Origin: a virus | Reading direction: 5' to 3' (one strand) | Virus record (IMG/VR): IMGVR_UViG_3300027985_001729 | Coordinates: 11,304 to 75,303 of that record | DNA: 64,000 nucleotides | Shown here: in pieces, positions 53,682 to 63,165 of the stretch | Layout: every line of letters starts with the position of its first letter | How positions within the stretch are numbered: position 1 is the stretch's first letter | Notes under the pieces: generated by a model | What the model was told of the DNA's origin: nothing | Databases searched by the model: none | What the model saw: the letters and a program-made list of their open reading frames with translations, nothing else | Translations under genes and position numbers: made by a program

Positions 53682-55334
53682 TCAGAACCCGCCCTCGTCT
53701 CCCCAGACCCGCGTACGTGGAGCTGGTGGAGCAGGGGCAGGCGCACCTGCTGCGGCGAGCTCGGCGTGGGCGTCGGAGAACGCGTCCACGATGTCGTCCT
53801 TCGCGCCGGTGGGGAAGGCTTCGAGCTCGCGAAAGAACTCTTCGTTCCAGTGCCCGCGCACGACACGAAACCGCCCGTACCGCCCGCCCGTCGAGTGCGG
53901 GTTGGCCTGGGCCGCCGCGGGGCTCGCGCGCGTCACCTTGTCGGCGATCGGCTTGCGGTAGGAGATCTGGTAGCCGTCGAGGTCCTGCGCGTAGGCGACC
54001 ACCTGATCCTTGGCGGCCTGACCGGGATCGATCGGGAGGACAACCTTGACCTCCTTGCCGTCCGACTTGGCCACGCTCTTCACCCGGTGCCGCACGTCGC
54101 CTGGGTTGGACCGGAGGCTCGAGAGGTCCTCGACGTAGTAATACCCGTCTGCCGCAAGGGATACCTCGATGCCACGCGTCCAATCGGGGTCCGGGTTCTT
54201 CTGCGTTGGTTCAGTCGCGGCGAGGTCCCAGGCCCTGACCCGCGTCGCCACCGCTGGCCGCTCGTCCACCACCTCGAACCAGTCCCGCTTGAAGATGGTC
54301 CCCTCGCCGTACTGCACATCCCAGTCCCCTCGCTCGAGCTGGGCAGCGCGCACGGGGTTGTTGTCGCGGAGGGTGGCCAAATAGTTCGGCGTGGCCTTCA
54401 GCAGCGCGGGGTTGTCGGTGACGAGGCTCCTGATAAAGACCCGCGTCGAGGCATCCACCCCGTTCCACGCAAACGGCTCCGTGGAAAATCGATCCGTCCC
54501 GCGGACCTTCGCCACGTAGAGGATCATCCCGCTCGGAGCTGGCGGAACCTCTCTGCCACCATCCCACCGATCGGGCAGACCGTACCCGCACACGACGGCG
54601 CCGGTATCGTCGACCTCCTCCCAGTCCTCGACCTTGCATGCCTTGTCGAGCCACGGCGCCCAGCGCTCCTTCACCCACGCCGCCCCCGGCTCGTTCGGCT
54701 TCGGCGGGTTGGTCGTTGCTACCACCCGGCGCCGGATCCCATGAGACGACCCGCGGAGCCGGCTCTTGATTTCGAGGTACTGCTCGAGCTCGAACTGAAC
54801 GAGCTCGTCGAAGCAGATCAGGTCGAACGCCTGTCCGTGGTAGATGTCCCAGTCGTCCCGGTCATGGCAATGGCCGAACCACACCCTGGCCCGGTCGTCG
54901 TTGATGATGAGCCACCCCTTGTCTTCGCGGAACCTCCCCTTCGGAGCGGGAGCGATCGGACCGAAGAGCCCATCCCTTCCACGCAGGTAGATGTCCTTCG
55001 CCTCGTCGATGAGCCCGGCGAGCTGGGGGGTGCTCCTACGCAGCACCAGCCCTCGAAATCCTGACGCGCCCAAGTACTTGGAAGGCAAGGCGATGATCGC
55101 CGAGCTCTTCCCACCGCCGGCCGCCCCACCGAACAGGGTCTCGTCAGCGTCGACGTCGAAGAAGAGCTCCTGAGGCCCTGGCTGTGGTGCCCAAGGCGGC
55201 AGGCCGCTCTCTTGTTCTTCGCCCTGGTCTGCGTTCGAAGTCAGCGCTGACAGGAGCATGCCCAACGCGGCGACGTCGGCGGGCACCTTCTTCTTCGGTC
55301 GGCTCGACGCGATCTCTTCGAGCAGGCTCGCCAT
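53682..55334 (-). CDS. terL: Terminase large subunit
   Basis: Walker A FGGAAGGGKS, Walker B ICFDE, TTNP, nuclease AWDLAA and DDIVDA. Confidence 0.95.
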   Translation of the reverse strand: MASLLEEIASSRPKKKVPADVAALGMLLSALTSNADQGEEQESGLPPWAPQPGPQELFFDVDADETLFGGAAGGGKSSAIIALPSKYLGASGFRGLVLRRSTPQLAGLIDEAKDIYLRGRDGLFGPIAPAPKGRFREDKGWLIINDDRARVWFGHCHDRDDWDIYHGQAFDLICFDELVQFELEQYLEIKSRLRGSSHGIRRRVVATTNPPKPNEPGAAWVKERWAPWLDKACKVEDWEEVDDTGAVVCGYGLPDRWDGGREVPPAPSGMILYVAKVRGTDRFSTEPFAWNGVDASTRVFIRSLVTDNPALLKATPNYLATLRDNNPVRAAQLERGDWDVQYGEGTIFKRDWFEVVDERPAVATRVRAWDLAATEPTQKNPDPDWTRGIEVSLAADGYYYVEDLSSLRSNPGDVRHRVKSVAKSDGKEVKVVLPIDPGQAAKDQVVAYAQDLDGYQISYRKPIADKVTRASPAAAQANPHSTGGRYGRFRVVRGHWNEEFFRELEAFPTGAKDDIVDAFSDAHAELAAAGAPAPAPPAPRTRVWGDEGGF

Positions 55335-55335
55335 C

Positions 55336-56712
55336 TTACCCTCGCACCATGGCCGGGTGGTGGAGCGCGCTCAAAGCCCCTCGCTCCACAAGGACCGCCT
55401 GGATCTCGGCAACCACCCGCGCCCTCGCTTCCGGGAACTCCGCAAGCCCACGCTCCACCGCAGCGATCACCGCCCCGAACTCCTGGCTCTGGAGAATGTT
55501 CACCACCTGGATGTTCGGCTTCGCCTGAACCACCGTCCCCAGAATCCGGTCGAGCTGCGTCTGCGCCGCGATGGCGTTCTTTTCGAACTCGGCCGCGGCC
55601 TTGAGCGCCATCCCCTCAGCCGGGAAGCTCTTCGCCTTGCGCGCCTGCTCCGCCGCCCTGAACGACTCCTTCGCCTTCCGACGGCATTCGTCGCGGATCG
55701 TGCGCATCGTCCCAGCGCTCACCTCCCGCTGGTCCTCGAGGTCTCCCCTGTCGATGCGCGTCACGACAGAGGCCATGCGGAAGTATCCGCGTACCGCATC
55801 CCAACCAACCCGCCACTTCTTCGCCAGCGTCCGGATCGAGGCGGTCCCCTTCCACCGCCCGGTCGCGATCATCCACGCGACGTGCTCCACGCGATCATCC
55901 ACGCAGGACAGGTCCTCCTCCCTGTCCGGCCGCCCTCGAAGAAGCCCTGCCGTCGGAGGTGGCGTCTCGTCCTCCCCGTCTTCTCCTTCTCCCTCTCCCT
56001 CGCCAGCACCACCTACGTACTCCCCGGGGTTCGCCTCCTCCGCAGGGCGGTGCTCGTCGTTCTCGTCGGCTTGGAGAGGATGGTCGACAACAGCCCCCAC
56101 ATGGGACGACGGGACACCTTCCTGAGACGGGTCGTGAGACGGCTCAGGGAGGGTCTCTTCGACCGTCTCAGGCGAGGACTTCGACAGCAAAAAACCTTCA
56201 GGTTTCGCATATGTGCGCGCGTCGTCCAAATCTGAGACAGATGGTTTCTCTCCCCCCTCACGAGACACCACGAAGTCCTCGCGGATCTGTTCCTCGCCTT
56301 CACGCTCCGCGTCACCTTCGTCCTCTTCGAAGGCGTCCTCTTCCCCTGTCTCTTCGTCGTCGCTGTCTTCCCCGCTGTGCTCGTCGAGATCCTCGTCTTG
56401 CTCTTCACCCGGCTCCTCATCGTGGTCTTCGTCGCATGCACGGGTTGAGGAGGGGGGATGGTCGTCGGTGGGGGCCGGGGGGATCTGATCGGTTGCTGGG
56501 GTGGGAGGGGCGAAGAAGCGCTCGGGCGAGGGAGGGGGAAGGTTGTCCCCGGTGAGACCGAGACAGCGCTGGCGGTGTCTGCCGAGGGTGGCCCTGGAGT
56601 TGAGCTTGTACCGCTTGACGACGGTACCGAGCCCGACGCCACGTCTGAGGTCTTCGTCGATGAGGAGGGAAGACTTGCTTCGGCAGATGGAGCAGTCGTG
56701 CTTCTTCTTCAT
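55336..56712 (-). CDS. Terminase small subunit-like protein with a long acidic insert
   Basis: N-terminal CSIC..HTH..RH...C; helical C-terminus; 1 nt upstream of terL. Confidence 0.6.
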   Translation of the reverse strand: MKKKHDCSICRSKSSLLIDEDLRRGVGLGTVVKRYKLNSRATLGRHRQRCLGLTGDNLPPPSPERFFAPPTPATDQIPPAPTDDHPPSSTRACDEDHDEEPGEEQDEDLDEHSGEDSDDEETGEEDAFEEDEGDAEREGEEQIREDFVVSREGGEKPSVSDLDDARTYAKPEGFLLSKSSPETVEETLPEPSHDPSQEGVPSSHVGAVVDHPLQADENDEHRPAEEANPGEYVGGAGEGEGEGEDGEDETPPPTAGLLRGRPDREEDLSCVDDRVEHVAWMIATGRWKGTASIRTLAKKWRVGWDAVRGYFRMASVVTRIDRGDLEDQREVSAGTMRTIRDECRRKAKESFRAAEQARKAKSFPAEGMALKAAAEFEKNAIAAQTQLDRILGTVVQAKPNIQVVNILQSQEFGAVIAAVERGLAEFPEARARVVAEIQAVLVERGALSALHHPAMVRG

Positions 56713-57671
56713 GGGAGGGAGACACCGGGGGGATCGACGATGGGCCAGCCGAGAGGGGATAGGTCCGTGGTCGGGGCGGCGAGGAGGATGAGCTTGGCGT
56801 GTGGGCGTTGAGCCTGAGCGTGCTCGACGATCCTGTTCACGCGTGTGATGACCCGTCCCGTGATCTTGACCTTACCGAGCCAGATCAGGACGACCTGGCT
56901 CTCTGGGAATTTCGGCTCTGTGTAGACCGAAGGCGGGCGAAAATGCTCTGGGCGAAACACGAGCGGACATTGACCCCAGCCGAGGATGCGGCGAAGGCGG
57001 TCGTTGAGCTTCTCGACCACCCGCTCGCTCCCGTGGGCGGCCATGCACGGGTGGTGTGTATTGTGCTCAACCGTGGCGATGACCCTGGACACGATCCGGT
57101 GCTCCACATCGGCAAGGCGAGCGCGCTCGTCTGCTTGTGCCTGGGTGAGCCCCCAGCGGGCCACATGTGCTGGGTCACCTTTGAAGGCTCTGCCTGCCCT
57201 GACGAGGATGCCCAGCGCCTTGAGCACGCCTTGGTGAGCACTCCCTGAGCAGTGGAAGCCATCGAGCCCCTTGTTCACGAAGGCAGTGGTGATCTCGTCG
57301 ATGTCCCCGTGCGTTGGGAGGATGCCGAGGACGGCTTCCAGCGCCACGGGCTCCGACACCCCAAGGATCCTCTTCGCTGGGTCTCCAAGGGGCGACGTCG
57401 TGGTCAGGTGCCACAGCAGCCAGAGAGATTGCTGCGGACCCAAGTCGTTGCACGTGATGACCCCGAAGTCGGCCATGGCCTCGTTGCCGTGCTGCCACCA
57501 CTTCACGAGGGCGACCCACGGGATCCCAGGCTTCGGCCCAGAGCGCCCCCGACCGTCGGAGACAGCGAGCACGACCGCTCGGTTGGGGAGCAGGCCACCA
57601 TAGCCATCCCTCTCGAGCAGGGCACCTGGGTTGGGGGCGGGCGGGGGCTTGGTCTTCATGGTCTTGGTCAT
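56709..57671 (-). CDS. Hypothetical protein
   Basis: ATGA overlaps on both sides. Confidence 0.7.
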   Translation of the reverse strand: MTKTMKTKPPPAPNPGALLERDGYGGLLPNRAVVLAVSDGRGRSGPKPGIPWVALVKWWQHGNEAMADFGVITCNDLGPQQSLWLLWHLTTTSPLGDPAKRILGVSEPVALEAVLGILPTHGDIDEITTAFVNKGLDGFHCSGSAHQGVLKALGILVRAGRAFKGDPAHVARWGLTQAQADERARLADVEHRIVSRVIATVEHNTHHPCMAAHGSERVVEKLNDRLRRILGWGQCPLVFRPEHFRPPSVYTEPKFPESQVVLIWLGKVKITGRVITRVNRIVEHAQAQRPHAKLILLAAPTTDLSPLGWPIVDPPGVSLP

Positions 57672-58096
57672 GGAGTGTCTCGTATCGTAAGCCGCGAGCC
57701 CGCCCGTTCCTTCCTGGGTGTCTCACGGACGAGCGAGAAGGTCGTCGGGGCAAAGCCGAACCACCACGGACCGGAACCACCGCTATCCGCCACGACGATC
57801 CCGCGTCGTTCGAGCTCCCTCAGGTCGGTGATGGATACGAGCCCGAGATTTTGGGGCTCGACAGATTTGTTCGCGCCGTACGACCACAGATGTGGTGACG
57901 CTGGCGCCCCATATAGCTTCCAGTGCAGCGGATGCCACCGGCGCGCCTGGACTAGCCCACCATATGCCTTCACGAGCCGCAGGGCACGCTCGAGCCGGCG
58001 AGGCATGCGCCCCTTCGACCTGTAGAGATCAGAACGCTCTGCGGCGCGCGCAGGCCGCAGGCGGGCGTCTCGGCCGATCCTGTCCTTCCTGCCCAT
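57668..58096 (-). CDS. Basic hypothetical protein
   Basis: Start MGRKD, 4 nt after the upstream stop. Confidence 0.5.
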   Translation of the reverse strand: MGRKDRIGRDARLRPARAAERSDLYRSKGRMPRRLERALRLVKAYGGLVQARRWHPLHWKLYGAPASPHLWSYGANKSVEPQNLGLVSITDLRELERRGIVVADSGGSGPWWFGFAPTTFSLVRETPRKERAGSRLTIRDTP

Positions 58097-58100
58097 TGTC

Positions 58101-58379
58101 TCAACCCGAAGTCGCCGTTTCGTAACCGGCGAAACGAAGGGCGTCCTCATGGTTGAGACCACCCTTGTAGGACCCTTCCAGTTCGCACCAATCGGTGATG
58201 GTGCCATTCGCGTCGGACGCGAAGATGTACGTCTCTCCGCCAGGGACACGAGTCGACGCGCTGACGACCACATGCCTCGGCAGCGGACCACCCTCTTCGC
58301 ACTCGTACAGGCGCTGAACCACACCGGGGGCCGTCCCCTGAATTTCTTTGATGAACGTCGCTTTCATTTTTTTATCCAT
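58101..58379 (-). CDS. Hypothetical phage protein
   Basis: ETYIFASDANG..DWCELEGSYKGGLNHEDALR. Confidence 0.7.
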   Translation of the reverse strand: MDKKMKATFIKEIQGTAPGVVQRLYECEEGGPLPRHVVVSASTRVPGGETYIFASDANGTITDWCELEGSYKGGLNHEDALRFAGYETATSG

Positions 58380-58424
58380 TGTTTTTGTCTCGATTACGTC
58401 ACCAACACGCATCCGTCGTTGCTG

Positions 58425-58604
58425 CTACCTGTTCTCTCGTGGGTGCGCAGCGCGGTCGGACCATTGTCGCTCCCAGGCCAGCACCTCATCAAACATAGCA
58501 AAAGAGTCTTGCATCGACGGACCTTGACCGTTCAGCCAAGCGCGCTTCGTATCCTCAAACGGAGGGCGCTCAGGAACAGGTTGCGGTACGCGGTACGGGT
58601 TCAT
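58425..58604 (-). CDS. Small hypothetical protein (59 aa, not in the ORF track)
   Basis: MNPYRVPQPVPERPPFEDTKRAW...; partly fills the gap. Confidence 0.35.
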   Translation of the reverse strand: MNPYRVPQPVPERPPFEDTKRAWLNGQGPSMQDSFAMFDEVLAWERQWSDRAAHPRENR

Positions 58605-58734
58605 GTTACCAACGGAACCAATCTTTCATCGCCTCACGCACACATGGACGACCGAAGTCAAAGTCTCATAGGCGACCATAAGTACTCTCATGCGTTGTGA
58701 TTCATCCATCCACGCCTCACTCGCCAAATAAGCG

Positions 58735-59229
58735 TCACAAGGTGCTGACCACCGAAACGGTCATCGGACGAAGGTATGAGCCACGAAAGCGGAGCGCGTC
58801 CGCCATGTCGTCACGGTCGCGGCGCGGGAAAGACTCGATCTCATCAGCGAAGGAGGCGGCGACCGTAAACCGTTCCCGCTTCTTTTCTTCTCGCGCGTAT
58901 TGCGCAAGCCTCGACCTGACCCGGCGACGTTCGATCTTGTCATCGGGTCGCGACGTCCAGACCTTCAGACCAAGGCTCGGGTGCGCTCCGTAGATCTCGC
59001 GACCAGAGCGAGTGCGTCGGCGACGTGGTGTCGTTACGTTGAGCCACGGCACGCACAGCGCGATGGTCGCGTTCTCGCCGGAACAACCACCGATCTCGAC
59101 CTTGTACTCCGAATAGGAGTGCTCTGTCACAGCCGTATCGACCTTGTCCATGTCGAAGTCGAACGTCTCCGATCGGCTCTGACCACATACGTCGACACCT
59201 CTCACCGTCACGCCCATCGTCCCTCTCAT
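58735..59229 (-). CDS. Hypothetical protein
   Basis: GGAGG RBS; ATGA overlap. Confidence 0.6.
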   Translation of the reverse strand: MRGTMGVTVRGVDVCGQSRSETFDFDMDKVDTAVTEHSYSEYKVEIGGCSGENATIALCVPWLNVTTPRRRRTRSGREIYGAHPSLGLKVWTSRPDDKIERRRVRSRLAQYAREEKKRERFTVAASFADEIESFPRRDRDDMADALRFRGSYLRPMTVSVVSTL

Positions 59230-59984
59230 CGTCCCTCCGTTGCGATCCGCATCCGCGGTACCTTTCGAGCATCCTGCTCGGCCGCTTCTTCCTCTTCGGC
59301 GCTTTCGTCTTCTTCGACGTCGGGTACCGCGACGACCACCGCCGGCACGTCGACTCGGAGCCGAGGAGCCTCGATGCGCACGCGCTGTGGATCAAGCGGT
59401 ACCCGGTAGCCTTCCGCCGTGATGCGCTCCCACAGTCTCGGGAACGCCTCCTGAACGCGCCTCACTGCCTCCGAGGGGATGAGCTCGCCCTCGATGACGA
59501 ACGTCGCCACGGACCCGTAGCGAACGTCCCCTGAGCGGTCCCAGCACGAGAGCATCGTCCACCCGTCCTTCACCTGATGGCGGAAGACGGCCTGCTCCTC
59601 TCGGTGGCGATCCTCGAAGTCCCAGCGGTGTGGCCGACCCCCGATCGGTCCCCAGTTCAGGTCGTCCAGTGTCCACGGTGTACCGCGCAGGTCGCGGTCG
59701 TACATCACGCTCCCGTCGCTGAGCTCCACCTTGCGGGAGGCGCCCCAGGTCTCTTCTCCATCGACGGGCCACACGCCGATCGCCAAATCTCCCGGCTCGT
59801 AGAGAAAGTGCCCAACGTGCCCCTGCCCAGAAGCTGGGTCACGTTCATCGCCGAAGAAGTAATTGCGGCCTTCTTTTCCCACAATCTCGATAGTAAGACC
59901 TCTGGTCTCGGTTGTCACGAAGTTGACGTTGTGCTTCCAAAGCGCAACGCGCATGTTGACACGGTGAGAGGTCGGACCATACAT
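59226..59984 (-). CDS. Hypothetical protein
   Basis: 252 aa; YFFG..GHFLY and GWTMLSCWDRSGD.R.GS motifs. Confidence 0.7.
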   Translation of the reverse strand: MYGPTSHRVNMRVALWKHNVNFVTTETRGLTIEIVGKEGRNYFFGDERDPASGQGHVGHFLYEPGDLAIGVWPVDGEETWGASRKVELSDGSVMYDRDLRGTPWTLDDLNWGPIGGRPHRWDFEDRHREEQAVFRHQVKDGWTMLSCWDRSGDVRYGSVATFVIEGELIPSEAVRRVQEAFPRLWERITAEGYRVPLDPQRVRIEAPRLRVDVPAVVVAVPDVEEDESAEEEEAAEQDARKVPRMRIATEGR

Positions 59985-60013
59985 TGTCGCTCGGGTCAGG
60001 GAGGGCCCACGAG

Positions 60014-60418
60014 ATGGTCATCGCCCACGAAGATCGCTCGGAGGAGGATCGCGTCGTCTTTTGGCGCATCGCAACAGCGGCAAGTAAGAAAGCAGCGCTG
60101 GCAGCCGTAACGCTCGGGGGTAATGCGCTCGCCGAAAGAATCACGGTAGCGCTGGCTCAAGCCCAGAGGTCGAGGATATGCGGACAGCTCGACGAGGCAC
60201 TCGAGGAGTTGAGGTCGCTCGAGGGCGCAGTTCGCCCTGACCTCAGCGTTGGGCGCTCTGCGCAGCATGCTCTAGCCTATGCCAGGTGGTCTGACTACGG
60301 TCCCTTCCGAACGGCGGACAAGATCAAGATGGCGCGCTTGTGGCTCCTCATGGCAGAGGACTCTTTGCTGGCGCATGAGCGCATGGCGGTCACGCACGAA
60401 CTTCCGAAGGCTTCTTGA
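60014..60418 (+). CDS. Hypothetical helical protein
   Basis: GGAGG RBS; divergent from 59984. Confidence 0.55.
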   Translation: MVIAHEDRSEEDRVVFWRIATAASKKAALAAVTLGGNALAERITVALAQAQRSRICGQLDEALEELRSLEGAVRPDLSVGRSAQHALAYARWSDYGPFRTADKIKMARLWLLMAEDSLLAHERMAVTHELPKAS

Positions 60419-60654
60419 TGGCACGCAAGCATACTCGCATCGATCTCGACGAGACAAGCCCATTCGAGTCAGTGCGCAAAGCGCTTGGGATGACGCACAC
60501 GCAGTTCGGGGAAGCGATAGGGACCAGCCGACAGGGAGCCAGCCAGCTCGCGGCTCGTGGTGATGAGGTGCTTCTCAGCACGCTGCGCGAGAAGCTTCGC
60601 TTGGCCGGGTTCGACGTGAAGATCGTTGCTGTACGGAGAGAAGGGACGACATGA
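60415..60654 (+). CDS. XRE-like HTH protein
   Basis: VRKALGMTHTQFGEAIGTSRQGASQL. Confidence 0.75.
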   Translation: MMARKHTRIDLDETSPFESVRKALGMTHTQFGEAIGTSRQGASQLAARGDEVLLSTLREKLRLAGFDVKIVAVRREGTT

Positions 60655-61055
60655 CTGGAGAGAATGTGTTGGGCGCGATCAACAACGCGAGCAAGTTGCT
60701 CATGGCCGGGATGGACCGCCTTCGTATCCGCGCCCGTGAGGCGATGGACAAGGGCCATGGGTGGGCCTTCTTCCTCTGCCCTGCGGAGATGATGGACCCT
60801 GGGGAGAATGCGGGGGCCCGCGTTCTGCGCGACGCCTGCCTCAAGACGGGCGAGCCGTGGGTTGAAATCTGCTCGATCAACCAGATCTTGAGCGGGTTCG
60901 GCAAGAACACGGATCACATCGACGCGATCCGGGAGGTTCTTGAGGCGCCCCTCGCCGAGGGGCGTGTTCGTGTCTGCGTCTACGACGGTCACCTCGCCAT
61001 CACGGACGTCCTCATCGAGCCGATGGTCACGCCCACGAAGGGGGTGATGTCGTGA
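60651..61055 (+). CDS. Hypothetical protein
   Basis: Overlaps both neighbours by 4 nt. Confidence 0.65.
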   Translation: MTGENVLGAINNASKLLMAGMDRLRIRAREAMDKGHGWAFFLCPAEMMDPGENAGARVLRDACLKTGEPWVEICSINQILSGFGKNTDHIDAIREVLEAPLAEGRVRVCVYDGHLAITDVLIEPMVTPTKGVMS

Positions 61056-61411
61056 GCTTCGTCGTCGACAACATCGAGCGGCGGGTCATCGAGTGCGCGC
61101 AGCAATGCGGAGTCGATGTCGCTCTCGTGGAGCGCACAATCGAGGAAGCGCGGCGAGCATACGCGATGATGGCAGGAAACAACGCGCTCTTGCCCGCTGA
61201 GGCCATCGTAGAGCTTCTCGACATGCTCCCGGTGGCGAAGGCCATGCGCTCGGTTCTCGACGAAGAGGAGGAGGCATACAGGCTGAGGATCATCGAAAGC
61301 AGCGTGGCCGATATTGTGCCGATGCAACAATCCATCCACCAGCCTCTTCTGCTCGAACCATCGAACAGAGCGCGGTACCGACTCGGGACTGACGGGACGA
61401 GGAGGTGGTAG
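61052..61411 (+). CDS. Hypothetical protein
   Basis: GTGA overlap. Confidence 0.6.
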   Translation: MSFVVDNIERRVIECAQQCGVDVALVERTIEEARRAYAMMAGNNALLPAEAIVELLDMLPVAKAMRSVLDEEEEAYRLRIIESSVADIVPMQQSIHQPLLLEPSNRARYRLGTDGTRRW

Positions 61412-61416
61412 ACGAC

Positions 61417-61866
61417 ATGGGACATGACCAAGAATTCTCGGACAAGCACGTGCATGCGGTCGTTGGCGTCATGCTGAACGATCATGGACGTGTTCTTGCC
61501 TTGGGTCGAAAACATGACCACAGCGAGCTCGGGTTCCCTGGCGGAAAGGTCGAGCCTGGGGAGACGCTCGAGCGGGCACTCGCGCGAGAGGTCGAGGAGG
61601 AGATCGCGGTCCGGCTTGTGTCCGCCATGAGGGTGTACGAAGGGCTCGACAATCCGAACGGGAACAACTGCGTCGCTTTCTTGATCACGTCATGGGAGGG
61701 GGAGCCGAGGTCCGTCGAGGGGCCGCCGCTCGACTGGATCTCACCCATCGAGCTCGTGGCCAAGTCGGGCGAGTTCTCTTCGTTCATCGCATCGACGATG
61801 GTTGCCGTGTGGAAGCACCTGCTGTCGTCGGCTGTAACGGACATCAGCCTCGGGGGTCGACGATGA
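61417..61866 (+). CDS. NUDIX hydrolase (MutT-like)
   Basis: FPGGKVEPGETLERALAREVEEEIA Nudix box. Confidence 0.92.
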   Translation: MGHDQEFSDKHVHAVVGVMLNDHGRVLALGRKHDHSELGFPGGKVEPGETLERALAREVEEEIAVRLVSAMRVYEGLDNPNGNNCVAFLITSWEGEPRSVEGPPLDWISPIELVAKSGEFSSFIASTMVAVWKHLLSSAVTDISLGGRR

Positions 61867-62153
61867 AGCTCGTGAGACACGGTGACTTCCGGCCGCGCGG
61901 GATCGATGGCAGCGTAGAGATGTCCACGAGCACACCATCGGTCAGGAGGAAGGGGCGTCCCCCCAAGGATCCAATGACCGATGACGCGAAGCTCGTGCAG
62001 CAGGTGCTCGAGGCGACAGGGTGGTCGCGGGCAAAGCTGGCGCTCGAGCTCGGATGCACCGTTAGCAACCTGAGCCGGGCCAACGATCAGGGGCTCAAGC
62101 ACTGGCGCGCACGACTCGCCGAGATCCTCAAGGAGGCACAGGGAGACCAATGA
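61863..62153 (+). CDS. AT-hook plus HTH protein
   Basis: RKGRPPK followed by GWSRAKLALELGCTVSNLSR; may start at 61920. Confidence 0.65.
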   Translation: MKLVRHGDFRPRGIDGSVEMSTSTPSVRRKGRPPKDPMTDDAKLVQQVLEATGWSRAKLALELGCTVSNLSRANDQGLKHWRARLAEILKEAQGDQ

Positions 62154-62716
62154 GCAGCATGCACATCATCTCAGCGCTTGCGATTGGTGAATCAACCGTC
62201 GTCCACGGCATGACCATACAGCGCGTCGGGCTGCTTCGTGGAGACGGCGCGTACCTCGTCGACGGGTTGCCGATGAGCTTCGACGATGCGGTGTCGCTGG
62301 CCGAATTGCACGCCGCCCAGGCGGAAGGTGGTCTCGGACATGCTGGCGCTGTCACTTCGCAACGCAATCCTCGACAGAGAAAGCGCCAGCATGTCCGTCA
62401 CGGCGCCCACCGAGCGGCGCGATCATCGGCCAGGCAAAGGGCCGAGCTCGTCGATGCCATCTCTTTAGCCCTCGGCAAGGGCAGGCGTTTTGATTTGAGT
62501 CACAGGATCTTCGATCACCCAGATGGTGGGAAGGGCGAAGCCGTGATTGTCTCGCCGAGCGATGGCGAGGACGGTCACCTGGACGACACAATCAGGCTCC
62601 TCATGGCTGCCCAGTTCCACGCCGAGCGATGGCTTGGAGGCGGAGCGATCGTCGTGTCGTGGAACGACAAGGCTCTCGTCGCGCCGCGCAGGACCGTTCA
62701 AAGGAGACCGAGGTGA
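62150..62716 (+). CDS. Hypothetical protein
   Basis: GGAG RBS; ATGA overlap. Confidence 0.6.
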   Translation: MSSMHIISALAIGESTVVHGMTIQRVGLLRGDGAYLVDGLPMSFDDAVSLAELHAAQAEGGLGHAGAVTSQRNPRQRKRQHVRHGAHRAARSSARQRAELVDAISLALGKGRRFDLSHRIFDHPDGGKGEAVIVSPSDGEDGHLDDTIRLLMAAQFHAERWLGGGAIVVSWNDKALVAPRRTVQRRPR

Positions 62717-63165
62717 TTCATCCTGATCTCCTCTCCGTGGCGACTAGCGTCCGCGCACGAACCGAAGCTCTCGTCGTCGCCGCTGGATTCAAGACAAGCC
62801 AGCGGACTCTTTTCGGGTGTTGCGAGTTCGCTAGCTTCGGACTGGTGGAAGCAGCTCGTGAAGCTGGCTTCCGCGGCATCTACGTCGTCGAGGGACTGTA
62901 CAACGACCACCGGGACCAGGCTCACTTCTGGTGCCAGATCGGCGATGTCGTCGTTGACCTGACGGCGACGCAGTTCGTCGAGGATGCCGAAAGCGTGTCG
63001 CTTGCTCGCGTTGGTTCGGCCCCATATGCACACTTTCGTCGAAGATGCCCGAAGCCATCGCGCATCATGGCCCACGTGGTGCGACGATGCCGGATCGCTC
63101 CAGGATGGTGGCGTGAAGGTGCGCCATTGGTCGAGCCGCACGTGGAGCTCCAGGAAGCGTCGTGA
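62713..63165 (+). CDS. Papain/transglutaminase-like protein
   Basis: GCC..AS...HFWC....VVDLTATQF gives a Cys-His-Asp triad pattern. Confidence 0.6.
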   Translation: MIHPDLLSVATSVRARTEALVVAAGFKTSQRTLFGCCEFASFGLVEAAREAGFRGIYVVEGLYNDHRDQAHFWCQIGDVVVDLTATQFVEDAESVSLARVGSAPYAHFRRRCPKPSRIMAHVVRRCRIAPGWWREGAPLVEPHVELQEAS

